A stretch of 64,000 bases of DNA from an uncultured Gemmatimonadales bacterium. Lineage in GTDB: Bacteria > Gemmatimonadota > Gemmatimonadetes > Longimicrobiales > Longimicrobiaceae. The translations under genes and the position numbers were made by a program. The notes under the pieces were generated by a model. That model made no database searches. It was not told the origin of the DNA and saw only the letters and a program-made list of their open reading frames with translations. Of the stretch, positions 50,621 through 60,300 are shown piece after piece. Numbering within the stretch: the stretch's first letter is position 1; each line of letters starts with the position of its first letter. The stretch is taken from the NCBI GenBank assembly GCA_963716255.1, contig OY970303.1, forward strand, positions 256,001 through 320,000, read 5' to 3'.

Positions 50621-51076
50621 ATGCGCAGATTGCTTCTGTCCGTCGCGTTCGCCGCCGCGCTGCTCGCCCTTCCCCGCGCCGCGGCGGCGCAGGACTACCG
50701 CACCATCGTCGTCTCCCAGCTCGACACCGTCGCGGGCCCCATCGCCCGGAGCGGCTTCCGCGCGGAACCGTCCGTGTTCGACCGCGACGTCGTGGTGGGG
50801 GCGCTCGGCCAGGGCGCCACCTCCATGCTGGAGCTCAACCTGGTGGGCGGGGTGAACTACTTCATCCCCGCGGTGTGCGACGGCGACTGCAGCGACATGG
50901 ACCTGCGCATCTTCTCCACCGACAACACCACGGCGGTGGCGGAGGACACGGCGGACGACGACGTCCCCATGCTCAACTTCACGGCGCCCAAGTCGGGGCG
51001 CTACATGCTGGCCGTGGACATGGCGAAGTGCTCGGCGAGCATCTGCTACTACGGGTTCCGCGTGTACCGGAAGTAG
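50621..51076 (+). CDS. Secreted PPC-like beta-domain protein
   Basis: Signal ..AAAQ; VCDGDCSDMDL, EDTADDDVP, SGRY. Confidence 0.8.
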   Translation: MRRLLLSVAFAAALLALPRAAAAQDYRTIVVSQLDTVAGPIARSGFRAEPSVFDRDVVVGALGQGATSMLELNLVGGVNYFIPAVCDGDCSDMDLRIFSTDNTTAVAEDTADDDVPMLNFTAPKSGRYMLAVDMAKCSASICYYGFRVYRK

Positions 51077-51093
51077 CGAGAACGGCAGGATTT

Positions 51094-51223
51094 GGGCGTG
51101 CCCCCGGCTGGCGCCGGGGTCGGGCTTCGGCTCCGTAACGCACGAAACAACCGTGCGTAACGGAGTCGAGCCCGCGCAAACAGCCGCGCGGTCTCGCCCC
51201 TTCGGGCCGAAATCCCTCACGCG
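51094..51223 (+). repeat. ~130-bp structured repeat, copy 8 (ACGCACG)
   Basis: Match to family; 17 nt after the stop at 51076. Confidence 0.95.
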
Positions 51224-51490
51224 GGGATGGTGCTGGCGTCCGCTGGGGCCCCCTCCCCGGCGCTGCGCGCCACCCGCCCTCGCTCCACCGGCGGGCGAGT
51301 GCTCTGGCGAGTCCCTTCGGGTTTCGCACCGACGGAGCAGCCTCCCCCGGCCGACCCCATGCACGGAGCCGGCCGGAGCACACGCTGTCGGCTCCCCTCT
51401 CCCAGAATGGCGCTTCACGCTTCGCGTGAACCGGATCGAGGACCCGGGTGGCGAGCCTCGAACGAGCCGGGTGAGGGGCTGAGGATTCAT

Positions 51491-51532
51491 ACGACGGAGG
51501 GGGCGGCCCGCGCGGGCCGCCCCCTCCGTCGT
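51491..51532 (-). terminator. Long perfect hairpin after the permease stop
   Basis: ACGACGGAGGGGGCGGCCC...GGGCCGCCCCCTCCGTCGT. Confidence 0.6.
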
Positions 51533-51535
51533 TCT

Positions 51536-52924
51536 CTAGCGGGCGGGCGACTCGCCGGGGGGGCGGCGCTTCCAGAACCAGAAGACGGGGATCCCCAGCA
51601 GGATCACGCCGAAGCCGAAGAGCGTCTGCCCCGGCTCCTCCACGACGGCGTTGGCGAGCATGGCCACGGAGGCGAGGAGGAAGACCAGCGGCACCACCGG
51701 ATACCCCCAGGCTCGGTAGGGACGCTCCAGGTCGGGGCGGCGGCGGCGCAGCAGGAACACGGCGCCCACGGCCAGCGCGTAGAAGGGCCAGATCCCCAGG
51801 ATGAAGGCGTCGGCCAGCTGCTCGAAGGAGCGGATGGACACGTAGCCGATCCCCAGCGCCGCGGCGAGCGCGATGGCGGCGAAGGGGGTGCGGAAGCGCG
51901 GGTGCACCGCGGCGATGGGGCGGAAGAAGAGCCCGTCGTCCGCCATGGCGTAGAAGATCCGCGGACCCGTCATGGTGGAGCCGTTCAGCGCCCCGAAGGC
52001 GGAAAGCATCACCATGGCCGCCACGATGGCGGCGCCCGCCTGCCCGAACACCGTGCGCGCCGCGTCCGCGGCCACCAGCGGCCGCCCCGCCATCTCGGAG
52101 ACGGGGAGCACGTACAGGTACGCGGCGTTGACCACCAGGTAGATGGCGATCACCGCGGCGGTGCCGCCCAGCAGCGCGCGGGGCAGCACCCGGGCGGGGT
52201 CCTTGACCTCGCCGGCCACGAAGGTGAGGTCCGCCCACCCGTCGTACGCCCACATCACCGCCACCAGCGCGATCCCGAAGCCGCCCCACGTGGTCGGCGA
52301 CCACTCGATGGGCGACGCGAGCGCGCCCGCCGAGCCGTCGCCCAGGAAGAAGGCCGCCGCGGCGAGCCCCACCAGCGTCACGGCCTTGGCGAGGGTGGAC
52401 GCGTTCTGCACCAGGGCGCCCCACTTCACCGACAGGATGTTGGCGGTGGCGAGCGTCACGATGGCGCCGGCCGCCACCGCCTTGACCCCCGTCTCGGTGA
52501 TGGGGACGAAGGTCTGCACGTACTCGGCGAAGAGCATGGCGATCCCCCCCAGCGCGGAGGGGCGGATCACCAGCAGCTCCGTCCACCCGAAGAGGAAGGC
52601 GGGGAGCGGCCCGTACGCCTCGCGCAGGAACACGTAGATCCCCCCGGAGCGCGGGAAGAGCGCCGCCAGCTCGGCCAGCGTCAGCGCGCCGAAGAGGGCG
52701 ATGACCGCGCCCAGCACCCACAGCATGATCATGGCGCCCACCGTCCCCACGTCCGCCGCCACGCTGCTGGGAACGCGGAAGATGCCGCTCCCGATGGTGG
52801 AGCCCACCAGCACGGCGACGGCGCTCCAGAACCCCAGACGGCGCGGCAGCGCGTCGCCGTGCGGGTGGCCGGACGGGTCGAGGATCTGGGTAGTGTCGGG
52901 GAGAGGGGGGGTGGGTCGGCTCAC
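51536..52924 (-). CDS. APC family amino-acid permease
   Basis: GSTIGSGIF, AELAALFPRSGG.YV, WAYDGW, RPYRAWGYP; multiple TM helices. Confidence 0.95.
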   Translation of the reverse strand: MSRPTPPLPDTTQILDPSGHPHGDALPRRLGFWSAVAVLVGSTIGSGIFRVPSSVAADVGTVGAMIMLWVLGAVIALFGALTLAELAALFPRSGGIYVFLREAYGPLPAFLFGWTELLVIRPSALGGIAMLFAEYVQTFVPITETGVKAVAAGAIVTLATANILSVKWGALVQNASTLAKAVTLVGLAAAAFFLGDGSAGALASPIEWSPTTWGGFGIALVAVMWAYDGWADLTFVAGEVKDPARVLPRALLGGTAAVIAIYLVVNAAYLYVLPVSEMAGRPLVAADAARTVFGQAGAAIVAAMVMLSAFGALNGSTMTGPRIFYAMADDGLFFRPIAAVHPRFRTPFAAIALAAALGIGYVSIRSFEQLADAFILGIWPFYALAVGAVFLLRRRRPDLERPYRAWGYPVVPLVFLLASVAMLANAVVEEPGQTLFGFGVILLGIPVFWFWKRRPPGESPAR

Positions 52925-53074
52925 GGTGCGCTCGGGGCGAAGGGTGCGGAGCGGGAGGACGCGCGGCGGCTGTGGGACGTGTGGGCGCAATCTAACGCTC
53001 CGCCAGGGCGGCCGGACAGGGTGGCGGAAGCCGGAAGGGCCGCCCACGTCGTGGAGCGGCCCCTCGGGTTCTGC

Positions 53075-53163
53075 GCGAGTGGTCGGGCGCGGGGGTGCTC
53101 TCCGGAAAGAGTTAATCCCCCTCCCCGCCACCACACCCCCAACTCTTTCCTCCGGTCACCCCC
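53075..53163 (-). repeat. Third repeat type, copy 2
   Basis: Inverted homolog of 25228-25316. Confidence 0.85.
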
Positions 53164-53274
53164 GCACCCTCCCGGCGAGCATCCCTGAACGGCGACGTCC
53201 CCCGTCGTCAGTAGTTGTAGTGCTCCCCCTCTCCCGCTTGCGGGGGAGGGGGCCGCGGGGAGGGGTCCTGCCGT

Positions 53275-53404
53275 CGCGTGAGGGATTTCGGCCCGAAGGG
53301 GCGAGACCCGGCGGCAGTTTGCCGGGGCTCGACTCCGTTGGGCTGCGTTGTTTGCAGCCCTACGGAGCCGAAGCCCGACCCCGGCGCCAGCCGGGGGCAC
53401 GCCC
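53275..53404 (-). repeat. ~130-bp structured repeat, copy 9 (GGGCTGC)
   Basis: Match to family; 11 nt after the DPP-IV stop. Confidence 0.95.
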
Positions 53405-53415
53405 AAACCCAGCTG

Positions 53416-55608
53416 TCAAAGATTCTGCTCCAGCCAGTTCGTCAACATCGTGAACAGGTGGAGCTGCGTCTGCGCCCCCGAGATGCCGTGGTTCTTGCCC
53501 GGGTACATCATGAACGAGAACTGCTTCCCCACCCCCTGGAGCGCGGTGGCCAGCTGCACCGAGTTCTGGAAGTGCACGTTGTCGTCCGCCGTGCCGTGCA
53601 CCACCAGGTAGCTGGCCGTGATCCCCGCCACGTGCTTGAGAATGGAGGTGGAGTCGTACCCGGCCGGGTTGGCCTGCGGGGTGCCCATGAAGCGCTCGGT
53701 GTAGATGTTGTCGTACAGCCGCCAGTCGGCGACCGGGGCCACCGAGATCCCCGCCTTGTACAGCCGCCCGCCGCGGGCCAGCGACAGCCCGGTGGTGAAC
53801 CCGCCCCCGCTCCACCCCCACATGCCGATGCGGCCGGCGTCCACGTACGGCTGCGCGGCCATGTAGCGGGCCGCCGTCATCAGGTCGTCGGTGGCGGTCA
53901 CGCCGTGGCTCAGGTAGCCGGACTTTTCCCAGGCGCGGCCGCGGTTGGAGGTGCCGCGGGTGTCCACGCTCACCACCACGTACCCCTTCTGCGCCAGGAG
54001 CATGTGCCACAGGTTGCGGCTCCCGCCCCAGGAGTCGGCCACCGTCTGCGCGCCGGGGGTGCCGTACACGTAGAAGAGCACCGGGTACTTCCTGGAGGCG
54101 TCGAAGTTGGCGGGCCGGAACATCATGGCATTCATCTCCGCGCCGCCCTGGGTGGGGATGCGGAAGAACTCCGGCTGGCCCACCCCGGCCGCGGCCAGGT
54201 TGGCCTGCACCCGCTGGTTGTCCGAGAGGCTGCGGACCAGCGTGCCGTCGGTGCGGAAGAGACGGCTCGACGGGCTGGTGGCGGCGCGCGAGTACACGTC
54301 CACGAAGGTGCGCCCGTCGGGGCTGACGCTGGTGGAGTGGGTGCCGGGCTCGCGGGTGAGCTTCTGCACGGCGCCGCCGTCCAGCTTGACGCGGAACAGG
54401 TGGCGCTCGGCGGCGTTGCCCCCGGTGCCGGTGAAGTACACCCAGCCGCCGCGCTCGTCGACGCGGTCCACGGAGGTGACGTCCCAGGCGCCCGGGGTGA
54501 GCTTGCGCACCAGCCGGCCGTCGCGGCCGTACAGGTAGAGCTGGTTGTAGCCTTCGCGCTGGCTGGTCCAGAGGAGCTGGCTCCCGCCGCGCACCAGCAT
54601 GAGGTCGTCGTCCACGTTGACCCAGGCCGAGTCGGTGTCGCTGAAGAGCGTGCGGCTGCGGCCGGTGCCCACGTCCGCGAGCAGGACGTCGATGCGGTTC
54701 TGCGCGCGGTTCATGCGCTGGATCACCAGCTCGGTGGGCGAGGCCGCCCACGACATGCGCGCCAGGTACTCGCCCTCGCCGGTGTCCATCCAGCGGGTCT
54801 CGCCGCCGGCCACGTCCACCACCCCGATCTTCACCTGGCTGTTGGGCTCGCCCGGCTTGGGGTAGTGAAGCGCCACGGGGACGGAGTAGCGGCCGGTGTC
54901 GTTGAGCCAGCTCTGCACGGGGACGCGGCTCTGGTCCAGCCGCCAGAAGGCGATGCGCCTGCCGTCGGGGCTCCAGCGCCACCCGTCCTGCACGCCCAGC
55001 TCCTCCTCGTACACCCAGTCGAAGGTGCCGTTGATGACGTTGTCGCCGCCGTCGCGGGTCAGCTGCGTCTCGCGCCCGGTGGCCAGCTCCACCACGTACA
55101 GGTTGTTGCCGCGGACGAAGCCCACGCGCGTCCCGTCGGGGGAAAGCTTGGCGAACTGCTGCCACCCCTCGCCGCGGCTGACCGGGGCGAGGCGCCCGGC
55201 CTGCTGGTCCCACACGTAGTAGGTGCCCTTGGTGCGCTGCCGCCAGACCTGCTGCGAGTTGGTGTAGACGAGCGCCCGCTGCCCGTCGGCCGACCAGGCG
55301 ATGTCCTCCACGTCCACGGGCTCGGCCTGCCCCTCGGCCACCAGGCGGGAGCCCTGCACCAGGCGCTCGCGCTTGCCGTCGTCGATCCCCACCGTCCACA
55401 CGTCGCTTGCGCGCGACTGGGGGTCGGCCTCGACGACGACGAAGCTCCGGCCGTCCGCCGACCACTGCGGGTAGAACGCGCCCCCGGAGAAGTCGCGGGA
55501 GGTGAAGATGCGCTCGAGGGTGAGCTGCTGCGCGGACGCCGCGGGCGCCGCCGCGAGGACCGCGACCGCGGAGATGCCGGCGGCTGCGGAGCGGAACCGG
55601 ATCGTCAT
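53416..55608 (-). CDS. Dipeptidyl peptidase IV (S9B)
   Basis: Signal; DWVYEEE, GWSGGG, HGTADDNVH, KNHGI. Confidence 0.96.
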   Translation of the reverse strand: MTIRFRSAAAGISAVAVLAAAPAASAQQLTLERIFTSRDFSGGAFYPQWSADGRSFVVVEADPQSRASDVWTVGIDDGKRERLVQGSRLVAEGQAEPVDVEDIAWSADGQRALVYTNSQQVWRQRTKGTYYVWDQQAGRLAPVSRGEGWQQFAKLSPDGTRVGFVRGNNLYVVELATGRETQLTRDGGDNVINGTFDWVYEEELGVQDGWRWSPDGRRIAFWRLDQSRVPVQSWLNDTGRYSVPVALHYPKPGEPNSQVKIGVVDVAGGETRWMDTGEGEYLARMSWAASPTELVIQRMNRAQNRIDVLLADVGTGRSRTLFSDTDSAWVNVDDDLMLVRGGSQLLWTSQREGYNQLYLYGRDGRLVRKLTPGAWDVTSVDRVDERGGWVYFTGTGGNAAERHLFRVKLDGGAVQKLTREPGTHSTSVSPDGRTFVDVYSRAATSPSSRLFRTDGTLVRSLSDNQRVQANLAAAGVGQPEFFRIPTQGGAEMNAMMFRPANFDASRKYPVLFYVYGTPGAQTVADSWGGSRNLWHMLLAQKGYVVVSVDTRGTSNRGRAWEKSGYLSHGVTATDDLMTAARYMAAQPYVDAGRIGMWGWSGGGFTTGLSLARGGRLYKAGISVAPVADWRLYDNIYTERFMGTPQANPAGYDSTSILKHVAGITASYLVVHGTADDNVHFQNSVQLATALQGVGKQFSFMMYPGKNHGISGAQTQLHLFTMLTNWLEQNL

Positions 55609-55915
55609 GACGTTCCCTGTTGGGGTGAGGTCGCCGGGCCGGGAAGCGATACGAGGCCGGGCGGGGTGCTGACAGAATGCAGCGTGGTACGAGGAAACGC
55701 CAGGGAGGTTCCCCGGGGAGAACGAAGTGCGAAAGTGCGGGAGTGCGAAAGTGCGGAGGGGGAGCGGCGGAAAATCCGGACGATGCAGGATGGTGCACCA
55801 CCGGTGCAGAATGGTGCAGCGGCCCGTTAGGGCGCGGCAGATGCGAAAGCGGCACCGGGCGGAGGTCCGCCCGGTGCCGCTTGTACCTGCTGTAGCCTGC
55901 TGTCCACCGCGGCCC

Positions 55916-56044
55916 CGCGTGAGGGATTTCGGCCCGAAGGGGCGAGACCCCGCGCAGTTTGCGGGGGCTCGACTCCGTTAAGCAGCGTTGTTTGCTGCTT
56001 TACGGAGCCGAAGCCCGACCCCGGCGCCAGCCGGGGACACGCCC
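55916..56044 (-). repeat. ~130-bp structured repeat, copy 10 (AAGCAGC)
   Basis: Match to family; 56 nt after the stop at 56101. Confidence 0.95.
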
Positions 56045-56100
56045 GAACCGCCGTAAAAAGCCGTTCAGCCGTGCCGTTCTACAGGACGCGACTCAAGAGC

Positions 56101-57042
56101 TCAGTGCCCGTTCGCGTGCCCCTCGGGGTGGTGGTACGGGTCCAGCCCCTCGCCGCTGTAGCCCGCGGCGCCCGGGCCCTGCCCGACCTTGCCCACGCGG
56201 TTCGGGATGGTGATGGCCACGTCGCCGACGTTGTTGTCGTAGCGGGCTTCCTTGAACATGTGGCAGAAGCCGTTGGAGTCCTTGACCGGGCACACCTCGC
56301 CGGCCTGCGCGGTGAACGGCGGGTTGGCCGTCACGCGGATGATGTAGTTGCCGGGCGCCACGGGCTCGTTGGGATCGCTGAGCAGGAAGAGCTGCCCGGG
56401 CAGCCGCTTCACGTACTCGTCGCCGAAGTTGGTGGAGATGCCCTGGTTGCCGTGGATGGTCAGGTTGCCGCAGTTCATGTAGTAGCGGGCCTTGGGCTGC
56501 TGACTCGGCGTGCTGTTGGCCAGCGGGGTGGTGTCCAGCATGCAGAAGCCGCGCTTGCGCGACTGCACCGGCGTGCCCAGCGAGCCGTCGGCGTTGATCT
56601 TGATCAGCTCGTAGGTGGCGTAGTTGCGGAAGTGGAAGTGCGCGTGGCACGAGGCGAACTCGAACAGGCCGTCCTGGTCGGAGAAGTTGCCGTCGCCGTT
56701 GGGATCCATGTGCTTGAGCGGGTCGCCCACGAACAGGTCGGCGTCGCCGACGTTGTTGATGAGCACGGAGAAGCGCAGCGACTTGTGCGTGCCGGTGGGG
56801 ATGTTCCCCTCCTCGACGCTGCACTGCCCCTGCACGAAGTCCTCCTCCACCACCAGCCAGGAGGTGCGGATCTTCTCGGTGTCCACCACCAGGTCCGGGG
56901 TCCCGACCAGGTCCTGCACGGCGGCCTTGGAGGGAGGCGCGGGCGAGGTGAGCTTGCTGGCCTCGTCAACGTTGCAGGCCGCGAAGGCCATAAGAATAAA
57001 CGTACCGGCGGCGCCCGCCAGCACTGCGGTGTTCCTGCGCAT
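56101..57042 (-). CDS. Lysyl-oxidase-like lipoprotein
   Basis: FAAC lipobox; LRFSV.I.NVG, FEFASCHAHFHF (Cu-binding His), KRGFCMLD, QGISTNFGDEY. Confidence 0.85.
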   Translation of the reverse strand: MRRNTAVLAGAAGTFILMAFAACNVDEASKLTSPAPPSKAAVQDLVGTPDLVVDTEKIRTSWLVVEEDFVQGQCSVEEGNIPTGTHKSLRFSVLINNVGDADLFVGDPLKHMDPNGDGNFSDQDGLFEFASCHAHFHFRNYATYELIKINADGSLGTPVQSRKRGFCMLDTTPLANSTPSQQPKARYYMNCGNLTIHGNQGISTNFGDEYVKRLPGQLFLLSDPNEPVAPGNYIIRVTANPPFTAQAGEVCPVKDSNGFCHMFKEARYDNNVGDVAITIPNRVGKVGQGPGAAGYSGEGLDPYHHPEGHANGH

Positions 57043-57339
57043 CTTTCCTCCCTGAGGAATTGTGAGGGGATGATCCCCGTGGACCCCCGCGAACGCGGGT
57101 GGTACGCTGCAAAGTGGTGCACCGCTCTCCGCGGAGATCCGGCGGCCGGGCGGACCCGGAGCACGCGGACGATTCCCCGGCTGGCGTGCGCCGGGCGGTG
57201 CAACCACTTCTTTGGATTGAGCTTACGGCCTGCTGTGAAGGCGAGGCCGAACGGTGGAGCGGGAACCTCTGGCGATGAAAACGCGGCTCGAAATGCTGCC
57301 GAGACGCTGGAACAGTCGCAAACTCTGCGCCTGAAATCG

Positions 57340-57375
57340 CGAGGGCTCCGTTCCCATCCGGGAACGGAGCCCTCG
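57340..57375 (-). terminator. 16-bp perfect hairpin after the NRPS stop
   Basis: CGAGGGCTCCGTTCCC-ATCC-GGGAACGGAGCCCTCG. Confidence 0.7.
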
Positions 57376-57395
57376 TGCATTCGGCCCGCGTGCGC

Positions 57396-60300
57396 TCAGC
57401 CGGGGTCGCGCAGCGTCCTCCCGGTGCGGTCGGCGCGCTTGATGGGCCCGGTGCGCCGCGGCTGCGCCTGCCGCTCGGCGAGGAGGGCGGCCAGCCCGGC
57501 CACCGTGGGCCGCTCGAAGAGCGCGGGGATGGGGAGCTCCACTCCGAAGACGGTGCGCACCCGGGACACCACCTGCATCACCAGCAGGGAGTGCCCGCCC
57601 AGGTCGAAGAAGTTGTCGTGCACGCCCACCGGGGAGCGCCGCAGCACCTCCTCCCAGATCCGCGCCAGCCCCTCCTCGGTGGCGTCGCGCGGGGCGACGA
57701 AGTCGCCGCCCTCCTCCAGCCGCGAGGGGGCCGGGAGCGCCCGCCGGTCCGTCTTGCCGCTGGGGGTGAGGGGAAGCGAGCCCAGCGGCACCAGGGCCGC
57801 GGGGACCATGTGCTCCGGCAGCCGCTCGCGCAGCCAGCCGCGCAGCTCGGCCTCGGCCGGGGCGGCGCCCTCCGCGGGGACCACGTATCCCACCAGGCGC
57901 CGGTCGCCGGGCGCGTCCTCGCGCGCGACCACCACCGCCTCCCGCACGGCCGGGTGCCCCAGCAGGGTCGCCTCGATCTCGCCCGGCTCGATGCGGAAGC
58001 CCCGCACCTTGACCTGCTGGTCGGCGCGCCCGGCGTACTCCAGCTGCCCGTCGCGCCGCAGCCACGCCAGGTCCCCCGTGCGGTACATGCGCTCACCGCT
58101 GCGCGCCCCGCCGAACGGGTCCGGCACCCAGCGCTCGGCCGTCAGCTCCGGCCGGTCCAGGTAGCCGCGCGCCAGCCCCACCCCGGCCAGGTACAGCTCG
58201 CCGCGCACGCCGCGCGGCACCGGCTGGAGCGCCCGGTCGAGCACGTAGAAGCGAGTGCCGTGCAGCGGCCGCCCGATGGGCGGCGCCACCTCGCCATCAT
58301 CCACCTCGGCCCAGGTGGAGTAGGTGGTGTCCTCGGAGGGGCCGTACAGGTTGACGACGCGGTGCACGTGGCCCAGCGCCCAGGTGTCGCGCGCCAGCGC
58401 GGCCGAGACCGGCTCGCCGGCCAGGTTGACGGTGCGGACCGACTCCGGCACGGCGCCGACGCGCAGCAGCTCGGCCCAGGCGGAGGGGACGGTGTTGACC
58501 AGCGTGACCGTGCCGGCGGCGGCCAGCTCGGGGAGCTGGAGGACGTTGCGCGCCAGCACGACGGTGCCGCCGGTGGAGAGCGGGAGAAAGATCTCGAAGA
58601 CGGAGATGTCGAAGCTGATGGAGGTGGAGGCGAGCAGCCCCGCGCGCTCCCCGGCCGAAAAGGTCTCGGCGGCCCAGGCGAGCATCGCCACGGCGCTGCG
58701 GTGCCGGATCACCACGCCCTTGGGGCGGCCGGTGGAGCCGGAGGTGTAGATCAGGTAGGCGGCGTTCTCCGGGTCCACGCCGGAGGGCGCACCGTCGTCC
58801 CCGGTGCCGTCCAGCATGGCGGCGTCGGCGTCCAGGCGCACGACGCGGGCGCCGTGGTCCGGGGGGAGCGCGCCGGCGAGCGATTCCTGGGTGAGCACCA
58901 CGCGCGCGGCGGAGTCCGCCAGGGTGGCGGCGGTGCGCTCGCGCGGGTAGGCGGGGTCCAGGGGGACGTACGTGCCGCCGGCCCGCAGCACGCCCAGGAG
59001 GGCGGCCACCATGGCCGGGGTGCGCTCCAGGAAGATGCCGACGCGGGTCTCGGGCCCCACGCCCGCGCCTCGCAGGAAGCGGGCGACGCGGGCGGAGTCG
59101 CGGTCCAGCTCGGCGAAGGTGACGCGCTCCCCGTCCGCGACCAGGGCGACGGCGCCGGGGGTGCGGCGCGCCTGCGCCTCCACCAGCTCGTGGATGCACA
59201 GGCCGGCGGAGGCGTCGGCGGTGGTGCGGTTCCAGCGCACCAGCACTTCCTCCCGCTCCGCCCCGGCGAGGAGAGGGAGCTCGGCGAGCGGACGGTCGGG
59301 CTCGGCGGCGGCGCGCTCCAGGAGGGTGACGTATTGGGCGAGCATGCGGTCGATGGTGTCCGCGTCGAACAGCTCGGTGCGGTACGACGCGGCGCCCACC
59401 AGCCGCGACCTGCCCTCGACCATGGCCAGGCTGAGGTCGAAGTGGGTGGTCTCCGCCTCGTGCCCCAGCGTTTCCACTCCCAGGCCGCCCAGCTCCAGGC
59501 TCCCACGCTCGTTGTTCTGGAGGATGAACATCACCTGGAAGAGCGGCGTGTGCGCCAGGCTGCGCTCGGGGGCCAGCTCCTCCACCAGCTTTTCGAAGGG
59601 GATGTCCTGGTGCGCGTACGCGCCCAGCGTGGTTTCGCGCACCTGGGCGAGCAGCTGGCGCAGCGACGGGGCGCCGGACAGCCCGGCGCGCAGCACCAGC
59701 GTGTTCACGAAGAAGCCGATCAGCCCCTCGGTCTCCACGCGGTTGCGCCCGGCGATGGGAGTGCCCACGAGCACGTCGTCCTGCCCGGACCAGCGCGCGA
59801 GCAGCGCCTGCCAGCCGGCCAGGAGCGTCATGAAGACCGTGGCGCCTTCGCGGCCGGTGAGCTCGCGGAGCGCCGTGGTGGCGCGCTCGGACACGGCGAA
59901 GGTGCGGTGCGCGCCGCGCGGGCTCTGCACCGGCGGGCGCGGGCGGTCCGTGGGAAGCTCCAGGAGCGGGGGGGCGTCTCCCAGCTGTTCGCGCCAGAAT
60001 TCCAGCTGCCGCTCCAGCACGGGGCCGGCGAGCCAGCCGCGCTGCCAGGCGGCGTAGTCGGGGTACTGCACGGGGAGCGCGGGGAGCCGCGCCTCCCGTC
60101 CGGCGGCGATGGCGGTGTAGAAGGCGGACAGCTCGCCCATCAGGATCCCGGTGGACCAGCCGTCGGTGACGATGTGGTGGAGGGTGAGCAGCAGCCCCCA
60201 GTCGTCGTCGTCCAGGTGGAGCAGCCGGGCGCGCAGCAGCGGCTCGCGCGCGAGGTCGAAGGGGGTGGCGGCCTCGGCGCGGGCACGCTCCCGGGCCGTC

